Below, piece by piece: positions 28,984 through 37,777 of a DNA stretch of 64,000 nt. Below the pieces are notes generated by a model. The model was not told the DNA's origin. It saw nothing but the letters and a program-made list of their open reading frames with translations, and made no database searches. The stretch is from Phycisphaerae bacterium (lineage in GTDB: Bacteria; Planctomycetota; Phycisphaerae; UBA1845): assembly GCA_024102815.1 (NCBI GenBank), contig JAGFJJ010000069.1, positions 14,950-78,949 on the forward strand, written 5' to 3'. Each line of letters begins with the position of its first letter. Positions within the stretch are counted from its first letter, which is position 1. The position numbers and the translations under genes were made by a program.

Positions 28984-29156
28984 CAGCTTCGATTTCGCCG
29001 CCAGATTTGTCACCCCGCGCGACGTGGACGCGTGTTGCTTGGCTAGGTTATAGTTGCTCAGCAGGCGCCCGCGGAGACGGTTCCTGCTTCGATGCCGCAT
29101 GATATTCGGAGTGGATGAAGTCGGGCCGCCCGGCTGCACCAGTTAGGTCGGCATGG

Positions 29157-29654
29157 ATGATCCGTTTCGGAATTCAGGTTCATGTTTCCCGCGCTGGATG
29201 GGCCACGGTTCACCTGGACACTGAAGATCGCGGACTCAACATTCGCTGTTCTGACCTTGGGGGTGACCGTATCGGCCAACTCGCGAGGGCCTTCGTGCAA
29301 CTCCTCGGAGATTCACACGGCAAGGCCGAAGTCGATTGCTGCGGCGAGCCAGAGAATGCGCTGATCAAGCTGCAGCGTGACGAAAGCGAGCTTGAAGTCG
29401 CCGTCAAGCGATATCATTGGGAAGGAGACTGTGCTCCCCAGGACGTGGTCCATCGAGCAATCAAATCCGGCAAGATAAGAGACTGGGACGAGTTGCGACA
29501 CGCTCGAAACAAGAAGGTTGCACTCAGGCAATTTGGTCCCTTTGTTGAAGCAATCAGGTCGTTGGTTCAGTCCTTCCAATACTTGGAGGATCGGATAGGT
29601 AGCAAACAGTACGAGGGGAAATGGGGTTTGCTTTTCCCTCGGTCGAGTTATTAG
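29157..29654 (+). CDS. Hypothetical protein in low-GC islet
   Basis: 165-aa ORF; local GC visibly lower than flanks; no recognizable motifs. Confidence 0.35.
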   Translation: MIRFGIQVHVSRAGWATVHLDTEDRGLNIRCSDLGGDRIGQLARAFVQLLGDSHGKAEVDCCGEPENALIKLQRDESELEVAVKRYHWEGDCAPQDVVHRAIKSGKIRDWDELRHARNKKVALRQFGPFVEAIRSLVQSFQYLEDRIGSKQYEGKWGLLFPRSSY

Positions 29655-29709
29655 CGATGAAGCAATTCCTGTCCGATTACCAGTACGGCCCGTAGGCCGG
29701 GAGGCTCGC

Positions 29710-29925
29710 ATGCTGCGATACCGAGTAATCATCGAACAAGACGAGGACGGGCAGTTCGTTGCCGAATGCCCCACTCTGCCGGGTTGCGTCAGTCAGGGAG
29801 CAACGCGCGATGAGGCCCTGGCCAACATAAAGGACGCGATGAACGGCTACCTTGAAAGCCTTCGCAAGCACGGCGAGCCGATCCCGCCGTCGATATGGGA
29901 AGAGACGGTGGAGCTGCCGGATTGA
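29710..29925 (+). CDS. hicB: HicB-family antitoxin (type II TA, UPF0150)
   Basis: YRVIIEQDEDGQFVAECPTLPGCVSQGATRDEALANIKDAMNGYLESL is the canonical HicB N-terminal RNase-H-like fold motif; GGGAGG RBS. Confidence 0.75.
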   Translation: MLRYRVIIEQDEDGQFVAECPTLPGCVSQGATRDEALANIKDAMNGYLESLRKHGEPIPPSIWEETVELPD

Positions 29926-30146
29926 CCCGCCTGCCGACCATCTCCGGTCGGGAAGCGGTCCGGGCGCTCCAGCAGCTCGGCTATGTGATGGACCACCAAA
30001 CCGGTGGGCACGTCATATTGCGCCATCAGGATCCGCCACATCGGCGCCTGACTATTCCGAACCACCGCGAATTGGCCAAGGGAACGTTGCGGGCGATCAT
30101 TCGACAGGCCGGACTGACCGTGGAGGAGTTCGCTGCGCTACTTTGA
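29922..30146 (+). CDS. hicA: HicA-family mRNA interferase toxin
   Basis: LPTISGREAVRALQQLGYVMDHQTGGHVILRH...NHRELAKGTLRAIIRQAGL matches the HicA dsRBD-like fold (GSHH..H...VPxHxx.lk.gTL..IlkQAGL). TTG start overlapping the hicB stop (alternative ATG at 29895). Confidence 0.7.
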   Translation: MTRLPTISGREAVRALQQLGYVMDHQTGGHVILRHQDPPHRRLTIPNHRELAKGTLRAIIRQAGLTVEEFAALL

Positions 30147-30545
30147 GGCAGTGGGGCAAATGCATCTGCGCCTCCGCGCGCGAATTCTTGAGGTGGACGG
30201 AGATCCCGGGTAATTCGTAACGTACACGGCTCTGCCACTTCGCGATGGGCGAGTGGCGTTGCCTGGCGCCCGACGCGAAACCGCATTCGGCGTCCTTCCA
30301 TTCGGTACTCCCAAACACCCCCAACACCCTTAACTCAACCCGCACGCTCTACCCCGTTTGTTTACCTGCAAAACGACCGGCCCGGTGAGCTTCAGCCTTC
30401 CCCCAGTGCTGAGGGGGCGTTCACTCAACCCTCGATTCAAAACAAGACACCCGTTTTCTAGTGGCGGTTGCCGCCGCCGGTGGTAGGCTATACGTGGTCG
30501 GGGCTTGAGGATCGAAGGCGTGTCGTTGCCCACGGGAGGCGTCCC

Positions 30546-31319
30546 ATGTTGGTGATCGCATCAATCGTCACGATTCTCGCCGCGGCCGAAGCGAGCCTCT
30601 CCGCCCTTCCGGCCGTCTACATCGTCTGCCTGATCGTCGGCGGAGGATTGCTCCTCGTGTCCCTCCTGGCAGGGGGAGGTTCGGAGCACGCCGCCAACGC
30701 CGATCTTACTGGTGACGTGGGCGGCGACGTGGCCATTGCTCCCGATGCGGGTATGGACGTGGGGCACGACTTCGGGGGACATGGCGACCTGGATGCCGGT
30801 CACGCCGCCGACCTCGGCAGCGCCGACGGCCAAGCCGCTGTCGCCGACCACGTGTCTTCATCTGCACTATCTCTGGCCAGTTGGTTTTCCGTGCAGTTCG
30901 TGGTCTATGCCCTCGCCGTGTTCGGCCTGATTGGAACGACGCTCACCTACCTGACCAGTGTTCCGCCATTCACCGTGCTTGTCGTCGCCGCGGCGGTCGG
31001 GCTCCTGCTCGGCCAGGGGGTTCACCAGGCCATGCGGGCCCTGAAGCGCTCGGGTATCAGCAGCGAAATCACCAGTCGTGATTTCCTCCACCAACCCGCC
31101 CGGGTAAGCGTACCCATCGATCCCGGCCGGCGGGGTGAAGTAGCCGTGGCGCTGCGCGGCGGAGAGCGATTCGTCGCCGCCGTCGCCCGCCGGCCGGACG
31201 ACCGGTTTCGCACGGGGGATCGCGTCATCGTCGTGGGATTTCAAGCCGGCGTGGCCGTCGTCACCACGCGGGAAGAGTTCGCTTTCGTAACCGGTCAATC
31301 GACGGAGCAGAACACATGA
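30546..31319 (+). CDS. NfeD-family membrane protein (flotillin-associated)
   Basis: N-terminal TM helices and C-terminal OB-fold-like soluble domain; stop overlaps the flotillin start (ATGA at 31316-31319). Confidence 0.65.
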   Translation: MLVIASIVTILAAAEASLSALPAVYIVCLIVGGGLLLVSLLAGGGSEHAANADLTGDVGGDVAIAPDAGMDVGHDFGGHGDLDAGHAADLGSADGQAAVADHVSSSALSLASWFSVQFVVYALAVFGLIGTTLTYLTSVPPFTVLVVAAAVGLLLGQGVHQAMRALKRSGISSEITSRDFLHQPARVSVPIDPGRRGEVAVALRGGERFVAAVARRPDDRFRTGDRVIVVGFQAGVAVVTTREEFAFVTGQSTEQNT

Positions 31320-32686
31320 ACTGGGTCACATTGGCACAATCCGATGCGGCGGGAGCTGCGATCCTCATTGGTTTCGGCCTGTTGGTCGTGGTCGTCGCGT
31401 TCATCTCGCTGGTGGCCAAGTTCACGGTCGTGGGGAACCCCAGCGAGGTGCTGGTTATCAGCGGACGGCGCTCGGCCGACCAACTCGGCTACCGCACGCT
31501 CATCGGCGGGCGAACGATCGTCATCCCCATTATCGAAAAAGTCGATCGCGTCAGCTTGCGGAACATGCAGGTGGCGCTGGAAGTCAAGGCGCAGTCCGGC
31601 GGCGGGAAGATGATCCCCATCACCGTAACCGGCGTTGCCAACGTCAAGGTCTCTTCCGAGCCGGAGATTCGCGGAAACGCGATCGAGCGCTTCCTGGGGC
31701 AACACCAGGAGGTCATGGAGCGTGTCGCCCGCGAAACGCTGGAAGGCGGCCTGCGGGCCGTCATCGGCAAGATCACGCCCGAGGAAATCGTCGAAGACCG
31801 CGACAAGTTCGTGGCCACGGTGATGAACGAGGTCAACGACGACTTCCGCAAGCTGGGCATGGTCATCGACAGCGTGAACATCCAGAACGTCCACGACGAC
31901 GATCAGTACCTGGAGTCCATCGCTCGCAAGGCCTCGGCCGATGTTCGCGCCAGCGCCCGCCAGTTCGAGGCTCAGCGCAAGGCCGATGCCGACGTGAAAG
32001 AGGCCGAGGCTGAGTCCCAGGCACGCAAGGCGCGCGCGGAACGCGACGCCGAAGCTCGCTCGGCCGAAGCCGCGGGACATCAGAAAGCCGAGTCCGCCCG
32101 GCTCGGCGCGGAAAAGGCCATCGCCGAAGCCAACAACGCCCTGCGCATCCGCCAGGCCGAGCTCGCCCGCGAGGCGGCCATCAAGGAAGCCGAAGCTCAG
32201 GAGGCCGCCGCCCAAGCGGAAGAGGCCCGGCTGTTGGCCACGCAGGTGAAACAGGCCAACGCCGACCGCGACACGGCCAAGGCCCAGGCCGAGGGCGCCG
32301 CTTCGACCATCCTCGAAGAGGGCAAGGCTCGCGCTCAGGCCATCGAGCAGATCGGCGCGGCCATTCAGCGTCACCCCGATGCTCTCAAGGTGCTCCTTGT
32401 CGAGATGATGCCGGGCGTCGTGCAGGAATTGACCAAGACCATCGCCAACGTCGACCTCAGCGCCGTCACCGTGATCGACGGCGGCGACGGGCGGGCGATC
32501 AGCGGCGCCGCCCTCGGCCGGGCAAGAATGCTCGCGGAATCACTGGCGACGCTCGAGTCGGTGCTCGGCGTCGACCTGCGGGCCCTGACGCGCAACGTCG
32601 CGGAGAACTTGGTGCAGAAGTCCGACGGCAAGCCTCAACCCGCCGCCACGGTTATGACGACACAAGGTGCCGCCAAGCCGCATTAG
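31316..32686 (+). CDS. Flotillin-family (SPFH/band-7) protein
   Basis: N-terminal TM anchor, SPFH domain, long Ala/Glu/Arg-rich coiled-coil (EAQRKADADVKEAEAE...), C-terminal flotillin tail. Confidence 0.8.
   Translation: MNWVTLAQSDAAGAAILIGFGLLVVVVAFISLVAKFTVVGNPSEVLVISGRRSADQLGYRTLIGGRTIVIPIIEKVDRVSLRNMQVALEVKAQSGGGKMIPITVTGVANVKVSSEPEIRGNAIERFLGQHQEVMERVARETLEGGLRAVIGKITPEEIVEDRDKFVATVMNEVNDDFRKLGMVIDSVNIQNVHDDDQYLESIARKASADVRASARQFEAQRKADADVKEAEAESQARKARAERDAEARSAEAAGHQKAESARLGAEKAIAEANNALRIRQAELAREAAIKEAEAQEAAAQAEEARLLATQVKQANADRDTAKAQAEGAASTILEEGKARAQAIEQIGAAIQRHPDALKVLLVEMMPGVVQELTKTIANVDLSAVTVIDGGDGRAISGAALGRARMLAESLATLESVLGVDLRALTRNVAENLVQKSDGKPQPAATVMTTQGAAKPH
32523..32686 (+). repeat. 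Copy 1 of 164-bp direct repeat (native flotillin 3' end)
   Basis: About 88% identical to 36359..36522 by eye. Confidence 0.7.
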
Positions 32687-32710
32687 TTCGCTGCGCCCGC
32701 GTTCAGCTTC

Positions 32711-32734
32711 GGGCCCACGCGACCCAAGGGGCCC
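32711..32734. terminator. Candidate bidirectional hairpin between convergent flotillin and methyltransferase genes
   Basis: GGGCCC (32711-32716) ... GGGCCC (32729-32734), a self-complementary stem with a 12-nt loop, followed by a T-containing tract. Confidence 0.3.
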
Positions 32735-32735
32735 G

Positions 32736-33518
32736 TCAGTTCTTCCGCATGATATAAAACACATAGCCGAACGTGTCACCGAAGCGGTGGCAGATGTCGA
32801 TCTCGCGCTCGTGGTCCTTGAGCACTTGCGCGAGGTCGGCGTCGCGTGCGGCCTTGGGTCGAAACCGGGCAATGCGTCGTTCGATCGGTGTCAGGTACTC
32901 GTCCCACCAGGCGGCGCGGGGCAGCACAAAATGATCGATCAGGTCGAATCCCGCCGCGACGGCGCGAGTTTCGTTGCCGGCAATACCGGTCATGGGCGGA
33001 TATTCCACATTCCAGAAGGTCCGACACGCCGAGGGAGGATCGTCCACGAGCCACGTGGCCTCGCTCGCAACGACGATGCCGCCGTCCCGGAGCATCGGCC
33101 GCCAGAGTCGCAGGCCTTCCCCAAAGCCGACGTTGTAGATTGCTCCCTCGCACCAGATCAGGTCGATGCTCCCGGGCGGCTGGTCGAGCTCCTCCATCCT
33201 TCCGAGGCGCGTTTCCACCAGGTCGGCAAGACCCGCGTCGAAGGCAGCCCGGCGAAGCTGGCCGAGGAAGGGCTCGTGAATGTCGACGGCGACGATCTTG
33301 CGGCGCAGTTCGCGTGCGAGCACAAGGGTCTGCTTGCCCGGCCCGCACCCGACGTCGAACACACACAAGTCGAATGCGGGTTCCCGGCTTTCGGTTCCGA
33401 GCCGCGATCTGCCTGCCGCTGCCCGCGCACGATTCAGCGCTTCGAGCGTGGCCAAGTCGCTGCCCGGTCCCTCGCGGGGGAGATCGCGGTGCAGTTCAAA
33501 GAAGGCTTGCCAGTTCAC
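32736..33518 (-). CDS. Class I SAM-dependent methyltransferase
   Basis: Motif I VFDVGCGPGKQTL; post-I acidic loop AVDIHE; 260 aa. Confidence 0.75.
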   Translation of the reverse strand: MNWQAFFELHRDLPREGPGSDLATLEALNRARAAAGRSRLGTESREPAFDLCVFDVGCGPGKQTLVLARELRRKIVAVDIHEPFLGQLRRAAFDAGLADLVETRLGRMEELDQPPGSIDLIWCEGAIYNVGFGEGLRLWRPMLRDGGIVVASEATWLVDDPPSACRTFWNVEYPPMTGIAGNETRAVAAGFDLIDHFVLPRAAWWDEYLTPIERRIARFRPKAARDADLAQVLKDHEREIDICHRFGDTFGYVFYIMRKN

Positions 33519-33536
33519 GGAGCGAATCCCGGTTTG

Positions 33537-36221
33537 TCACGGCCGCCCGTAGGCCGATCCCGAAGAAGCCTTGGCATGCTTCCGGATGAGCACGCTGGCA
33601 GCAGTAAGCAGCAGCAGCACCGACGCAACCAAGCCCCAATCGCCCAATGCCGGGACTTCGAACAAACAGGGGACGAACGACGGCGGATCGCCTGCGCCGC
33701 CCCACATGTCGACGAAGCGGCTCCAATCATCGCAGTCGATGTCTCCATCCCCATCAACGTCGCCCGGCGTACATTCCGGTGGGAGCGGGTCTCCCTCCGG
33801 TCCGGTGAAGCAGTCTCCGAAAGCGACAAAGTCCTCCTCGTCGACGACACCGTCTCCATCAAAGTTGAACGGGATGTCCGCGGGAATGTCGACCGTGAAA
33901 ATTCCGCGTCCGTGCGTTACCGCAAGCAGCGTATGCGAGTGATGCATGAACAGCAGGTCATCGACGCTGGCGTTGGCCGGACCTTCGTTCTGGGTGGACC
34001 AGGTTGCCCCGCCGTCGGCCGAGGCAAAGACGCCCACTTCCGTACCCGCATACAGCCAATCCGATCGGTTGGGATGGCGGGCGAGTCCATTGATCGGCGC
34101 GTCGGGCAGTCCCGTCGGACCGTCTCCCGTGATGTCCGCCCACGTGACGCCGTGGTCTTCCGTTTTCCAGAGGTTGTCTTCGGAAAACCCTCCGAAGCTG
34201 ACGTAGACCACGTCGGGATCATCCGGGTCGATCAGGATCCGCTCGACGTACCGATTGGGCAGGGGGTTGGCACTGCCGTTGTTATCGACGGCCGACCATG
34301 TTGGGGTGCCGGCCGTTCCGTTCGCCGTTCGATGGACCTCGCCGTTGTTCTGGCCGATCCAGATGACGTTCGAGGATCCCGGTGCCACGGCGATGGCGCT
34401 GATGTAGTCCGAACCGGGCCCGCGAATGGACTGCCACGCGGGCGTGGATGCCTTGACGTTATTGCTCCTCCAGAGGCTTGCGCCGCCGGCCAGCATCGTG
34501 TTCGCGTTGTTGGGGTCGAGGACAAAGGGGGCGACGAAGTTCGCGCTGGCACCGGCGTCGGCGATGCCACTGTAAATGTACTGTGCCGAGAGCCCGCCGT
34601 CGGTCGAACGGTGGATTCTCAAATTGACATATTCGCCGTAGCAGTAATTCGCGTTCGTTGCGTCGATGGCGCAGAACCCGCCGTCTCCCCCGAATGTCAA
34701 ATGGGCTTGGTCGTTGCCGGCGGCAAGCCGCAATGTTCCGTTGTCCTGGGTTCCGCCCAGGATTCGCCCGCTTGGTCCGTCGCCGGCGGCGGCGTAGAAC
34801 TGCACCGTGCGGTAGGATGCGTCGAGCTTCGCCCAGCCGGACGTGGTCGAGGCGGTGTAGATGTCTTCCGTACGCCAGACGCCTCCATCCGTGCCGACGT
34901 ACACCGCCTTGTTGTTGATGCCGTCGAACCCCGGGTCGCCCGTGATGACGTGATTGTCCACGTGCGGCTGCTGGCTCATGATGTACCCGGCGCTGATCTG
35001 CGTCAGGTGCGCGCCGCCGTCCGTGCTCTTGTAGAAGTTGTATCCGCCGGTCACCAGGAAATCGGGATTCGTAGGATCGACCCACAACGGGTTGGCATAC
35101 CAGCTCACGCCGCTGCTCTGCGACGCAACGGTGCGAAGTTCGTAGCTCTGTCCGCCATCGATCGATCGCCAGATCTTACCACCGTCTGCCGCGGCGGACG
35201 CGTAGACGATATCCGGCTGGCTCGGCGCATAGGCGAGCTCAATGCGAGAGTAGAATCCGTATACGCGGCTGAGTCCGCCGGCGCACGTGTTCCATGAGAG
35301 CCCTCCGTCGGTCGAATAGACCGCGCGGTGAAACTAGTCTCCCACATCCCAGTCGTAGTCGAGGATATGGCCCACCGCGTTGTTCCCGTTGGTGGGGTCG
35401 TAGGCCACGTAGTACGAACCCTGGGCCGGAAGCGGATTCGTCCACGTCCGGCCGCGATCGGTACTTCGTCGAATGCCGCCGTAGAGTGTGGCCGCGAGCA
35501 ACGTGTCGGGGACATCCGGAGAAACCGCGATCCGGTTGACGTTTTCCCAATTGGCCGTGCTGAGCAATGGAAACCAATTGACCCCGCCGTCCGTTGATCG
35601 GTACACGCCGGCACCGCCCAATGCGTCCCCGTTAAAGAACCCCTCACCGGTTCCGGCGTAGAGCAAGTCCGGATCCAGCGGGCTGATGGCCATCGAGCAG
35701 ATGGCCAGATTCGGGAGCCAGTCATTCACCGGAGCCCAGGTCGCTCCGCGGTCAACACTCTGCCAGATGCCCCCGCTGACCGCCCCGGCCCAGAGCGTGT
35801 TTGGATCAAGGGGATGAATAACAAGCGAACGTGTCCGCCCGCCGACGTTGTTGGGGCCGCGCTCCATCCACTTGTCGGGATCGATGCCGGCCAGCGTCTT
35901 GTCGGGTTGCGCCAGCCAGAAATCCGCGTTGGCCTCTCGCTGCGCAAGGGCAATACGCAACGCGTCCTTGGCAATCTCCCCATTCTCGTCCCTCCAGCGC
36001 AGGCGGCGCCAACGCATGGCCTCATCTGGATGAGTGGCGCGTTCAGGCTTGCCGACGGACGGGCCTCGAACCGGGTCGGGGGCCGGCGCCGGTTGAACGG
36101 AAGCGCGGTTCGGAGAGGTGGTGTCCGGAACAAGGAAATCGGGCGCGGGGGCGATGATCGCCGCTGCGATGACAACCAGCCCGATCGCCGCAAACAAAAG
36201 TTGTGTGTGTCTCTGCACCAT
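33537..36221 (-). pseudogene. BNR/Asp-box repeat surface protein (about 894 aa) interrupted by one in-frame TAG at 35334-35336
   Basis: ORFs 35334..36221 and 33537..35108 share a frame (36221-35108 = 1113 = 3 x 371). Translation across the TAG continues ...DYDWDVGD*FHRAVYSTDGGLSW... with BNR motifs (S-x-D-G-G-x-W) on both sides. N-terminal signal anchor; C-terminal dockerin-like GDVDGDGDIDCDD and TM anchor. Confidence 0.6.
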
Positions 36222-36358
36222 CGCCTCCCAGTCACTTCCCGGCGGCTACCCGGGCTGGGTTTTCCATCTTAACCGACCCGAAATCGAACACAAAGCAATG
36301 AAAGGCGCGGCAAGGGCGGCTTCAATTCATACGTTATTGTCGTGGCTCTGAAAGCCGG

Positions 36359-36522
36359 CAAAAATGCTCGCGGAATCACTGGCAACGCTCGAGTCGGTGC
36401 TCGGCGTGGACCTGCGGGCCCTGACACGTAGCATTGCGGAGAACCTCGTGCAGAAGTCCGGCAGCAATCCTCAACCCGCCGCCACGGTCATGACTTCGCA
36501 GGGAATCGCCAAGCCGCACTGA
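36359..36522 (+). repeat. Copy 2 of 164-bp direct repeat
   Basis: Near-duplicate of the flotillin 3' end (32523..32686). Confidence 0.7.
36364..36522 (+). pseudogene. Flotillin C-terminal gene fragment (52 codons)
   Basis: Encodes MLAESLATLESVLGVDLRALTRSIAENLVQKSGSNPQPAATVMTSQGIAKPH*, versus the flotillin C-terminus ...RMLAESLATLESVLGVDLRALTRNVAENLVQKSDGKPQPAATVMTTQGAAKPH*. Confidence 0.55.
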
Positions 36523-36634
36523 TCTGCTGCAGCCGCGCGGACTGGAATCGGCGGCTCAGGAGATGGTCCGCACCGCGGAACCTGGCCCGAGTATGCCCAC
36601 GCTTCGTTGCGAACCGTGGGCATAGCACCCGGCA

Positions 36635-37621
36635 CTAAGCTGGAGCTGACCGGTGGAGTCTGTATACCGCAATGCCGGCTCCGACGATGAGTAGGGCCAT
36701 GGCGGCGAGCCCCCATTCAGAGTTGGCTGGAACGTCCCCACAAGATCGAACAACCGCATCGTCTACCTTGATCGTGGCCACAAATTCGCCTGTCACGAGT
36801 GTCTCGATGTCCGTGCGGTTGTCCGGTGTTTGTCCCTCTGGTATTTCAAGCGGCGCCTTGTGGAGACCGTATTGGAGTGCGTCAGAGAAGTACAAGACAC
36901 CACGGGTTGAGTCGATCGCAAGGGCGTATGGATTCGTGAACCCGGTACCGGGACGAATCAGATCCTCAACATTCGAACCATCAAAGTCAGCCCGCTGGAG
37001 TTTCCCCTGCTGCGTAGTGCCAACACCCTGATCAGTCCAATACAGCTTTCCGCGGTGAATATCCAGAGCCACGTCGCGCTCTGCGACAAGGCCTGTTACC
37101 AGCAACGCGATTCCCATACCGTCGAAGTTGACGCGCCTAACCTCGCCGGCGTGCGTGAAATACAATTGCCCTGCGCAGACATCGAGGTCAATCCACCCGG
37201 GGCCCGAACCCTCAACGAAGTCGAGGACAAGCTCTACTTGAGACCCATCGAGATTAGCCCGTTGTATGTCACCACCGCCGTCAGACCAGTACATCTTCCC
37301 GCCGATGAGGTCAAGTGCGATGTCATGGAGATTGCCAGGCAGGCCGCTTACGAGAGTTTCCGCGGTACTCCCATCAAGGTAAGCTCGCTTAATGTCACCT
37401 CCATCCGTCCAGTAAACGTAGCCACCATCAACATCAACAGCAACTCCGGAGCCCGTATCGATGGATGCGATCACGTCTTCGATATTCGATCCATCGAAAT
37501 CGGCCCGGCGGACGGCGTGACCGTTGCTCCAATAGACTTTGCCAGCGCTTGCCTCATGCCAACCTCCAACAACCACAAATGTGACCGCGATGAAGCGAAG
37601 TATCCCGTTGGTTGGTGTCAT
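36635..37621 (-). CDS. YWTD/LDL-receptor class-B-type beta-propeller repeat protein with C-terminal TM anchor
   Basis: Six repeats containing KVYWSN, YVYWTD, KMYWSD, LYFTH, KLYWTD, LYFSD; N-terminal signal; C-terminal hydrophobic LAAMALLIVGAGIAVYRLHR. Lower GC than surroundings. Confidence 0.6.
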   Translation of the reverse strand: MTPTNGILRFIAVTFVVVGGWHEASAGKVYWSNGHAVRRADFDGSNIEDVIASIDTGSGVAVDVDGGYVYWTDGGDIKRAYLDGSTAETLVSGLPGNLHDIALDLIGGKMYWSDGGGDIQRANLDGSQVELVLDFVEGSGPGWIDLDVCAGQLYFTHAGEVRRVNFDGMGIALLVTGLVAERDVALDIHRGKLYWTDQGVGTTQQGKLQRADFDGSNVEDLIRPGTGFTNPYALAIDSTRGVLYFSDALQYGLHKAPLEIPEGQTPDNRTDIETLVTGEFVATIKVDDAVVRSCGDVPANSEWGLAAMALLIVGAGIAVYRLHRSAPA

Positions 37622-37777
37622 TGCCCGCTCCTTCACCGGGAATTTCAGCGGATTCGACCTGCAACCATGGCCCTTTCCGTCGATACAGCAAGGCGAAGCA
37701 GTCTGCATTCTATGGCGAGTCGATTTCGGCAAAGCTCTCTTACCAGCATCGTCACCAGGCCCACGGTGCCTCGCAAA

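Noticed and set aside
27439-29139. 566-aa minus-strand ORF antisense to the DUF1111 di-heme gene
   Set aside because: It is a shadow ORF with an Arg/Gly-rich composition and no motifs. The plus-strand gene has two CxxCH sites and a lipobox.
30147-30545. 400-bp non-coding spacer after hicA as a possible riboswitch/sRNA
   Set aside because: It has only a short 5-bp GC hairpin with no recognizable conserved RNA motif. It is kept as part of the islet finding but not called as an ncRNA.
32667-35297. 876-aa plus-strand ORF spanning the methyltransferase and BNR genes
   Set aside because: It is antisense to two well-supported minus-strand genes (the BNR motif periodicity is only in the minus frame) and is a high-GC artifact.
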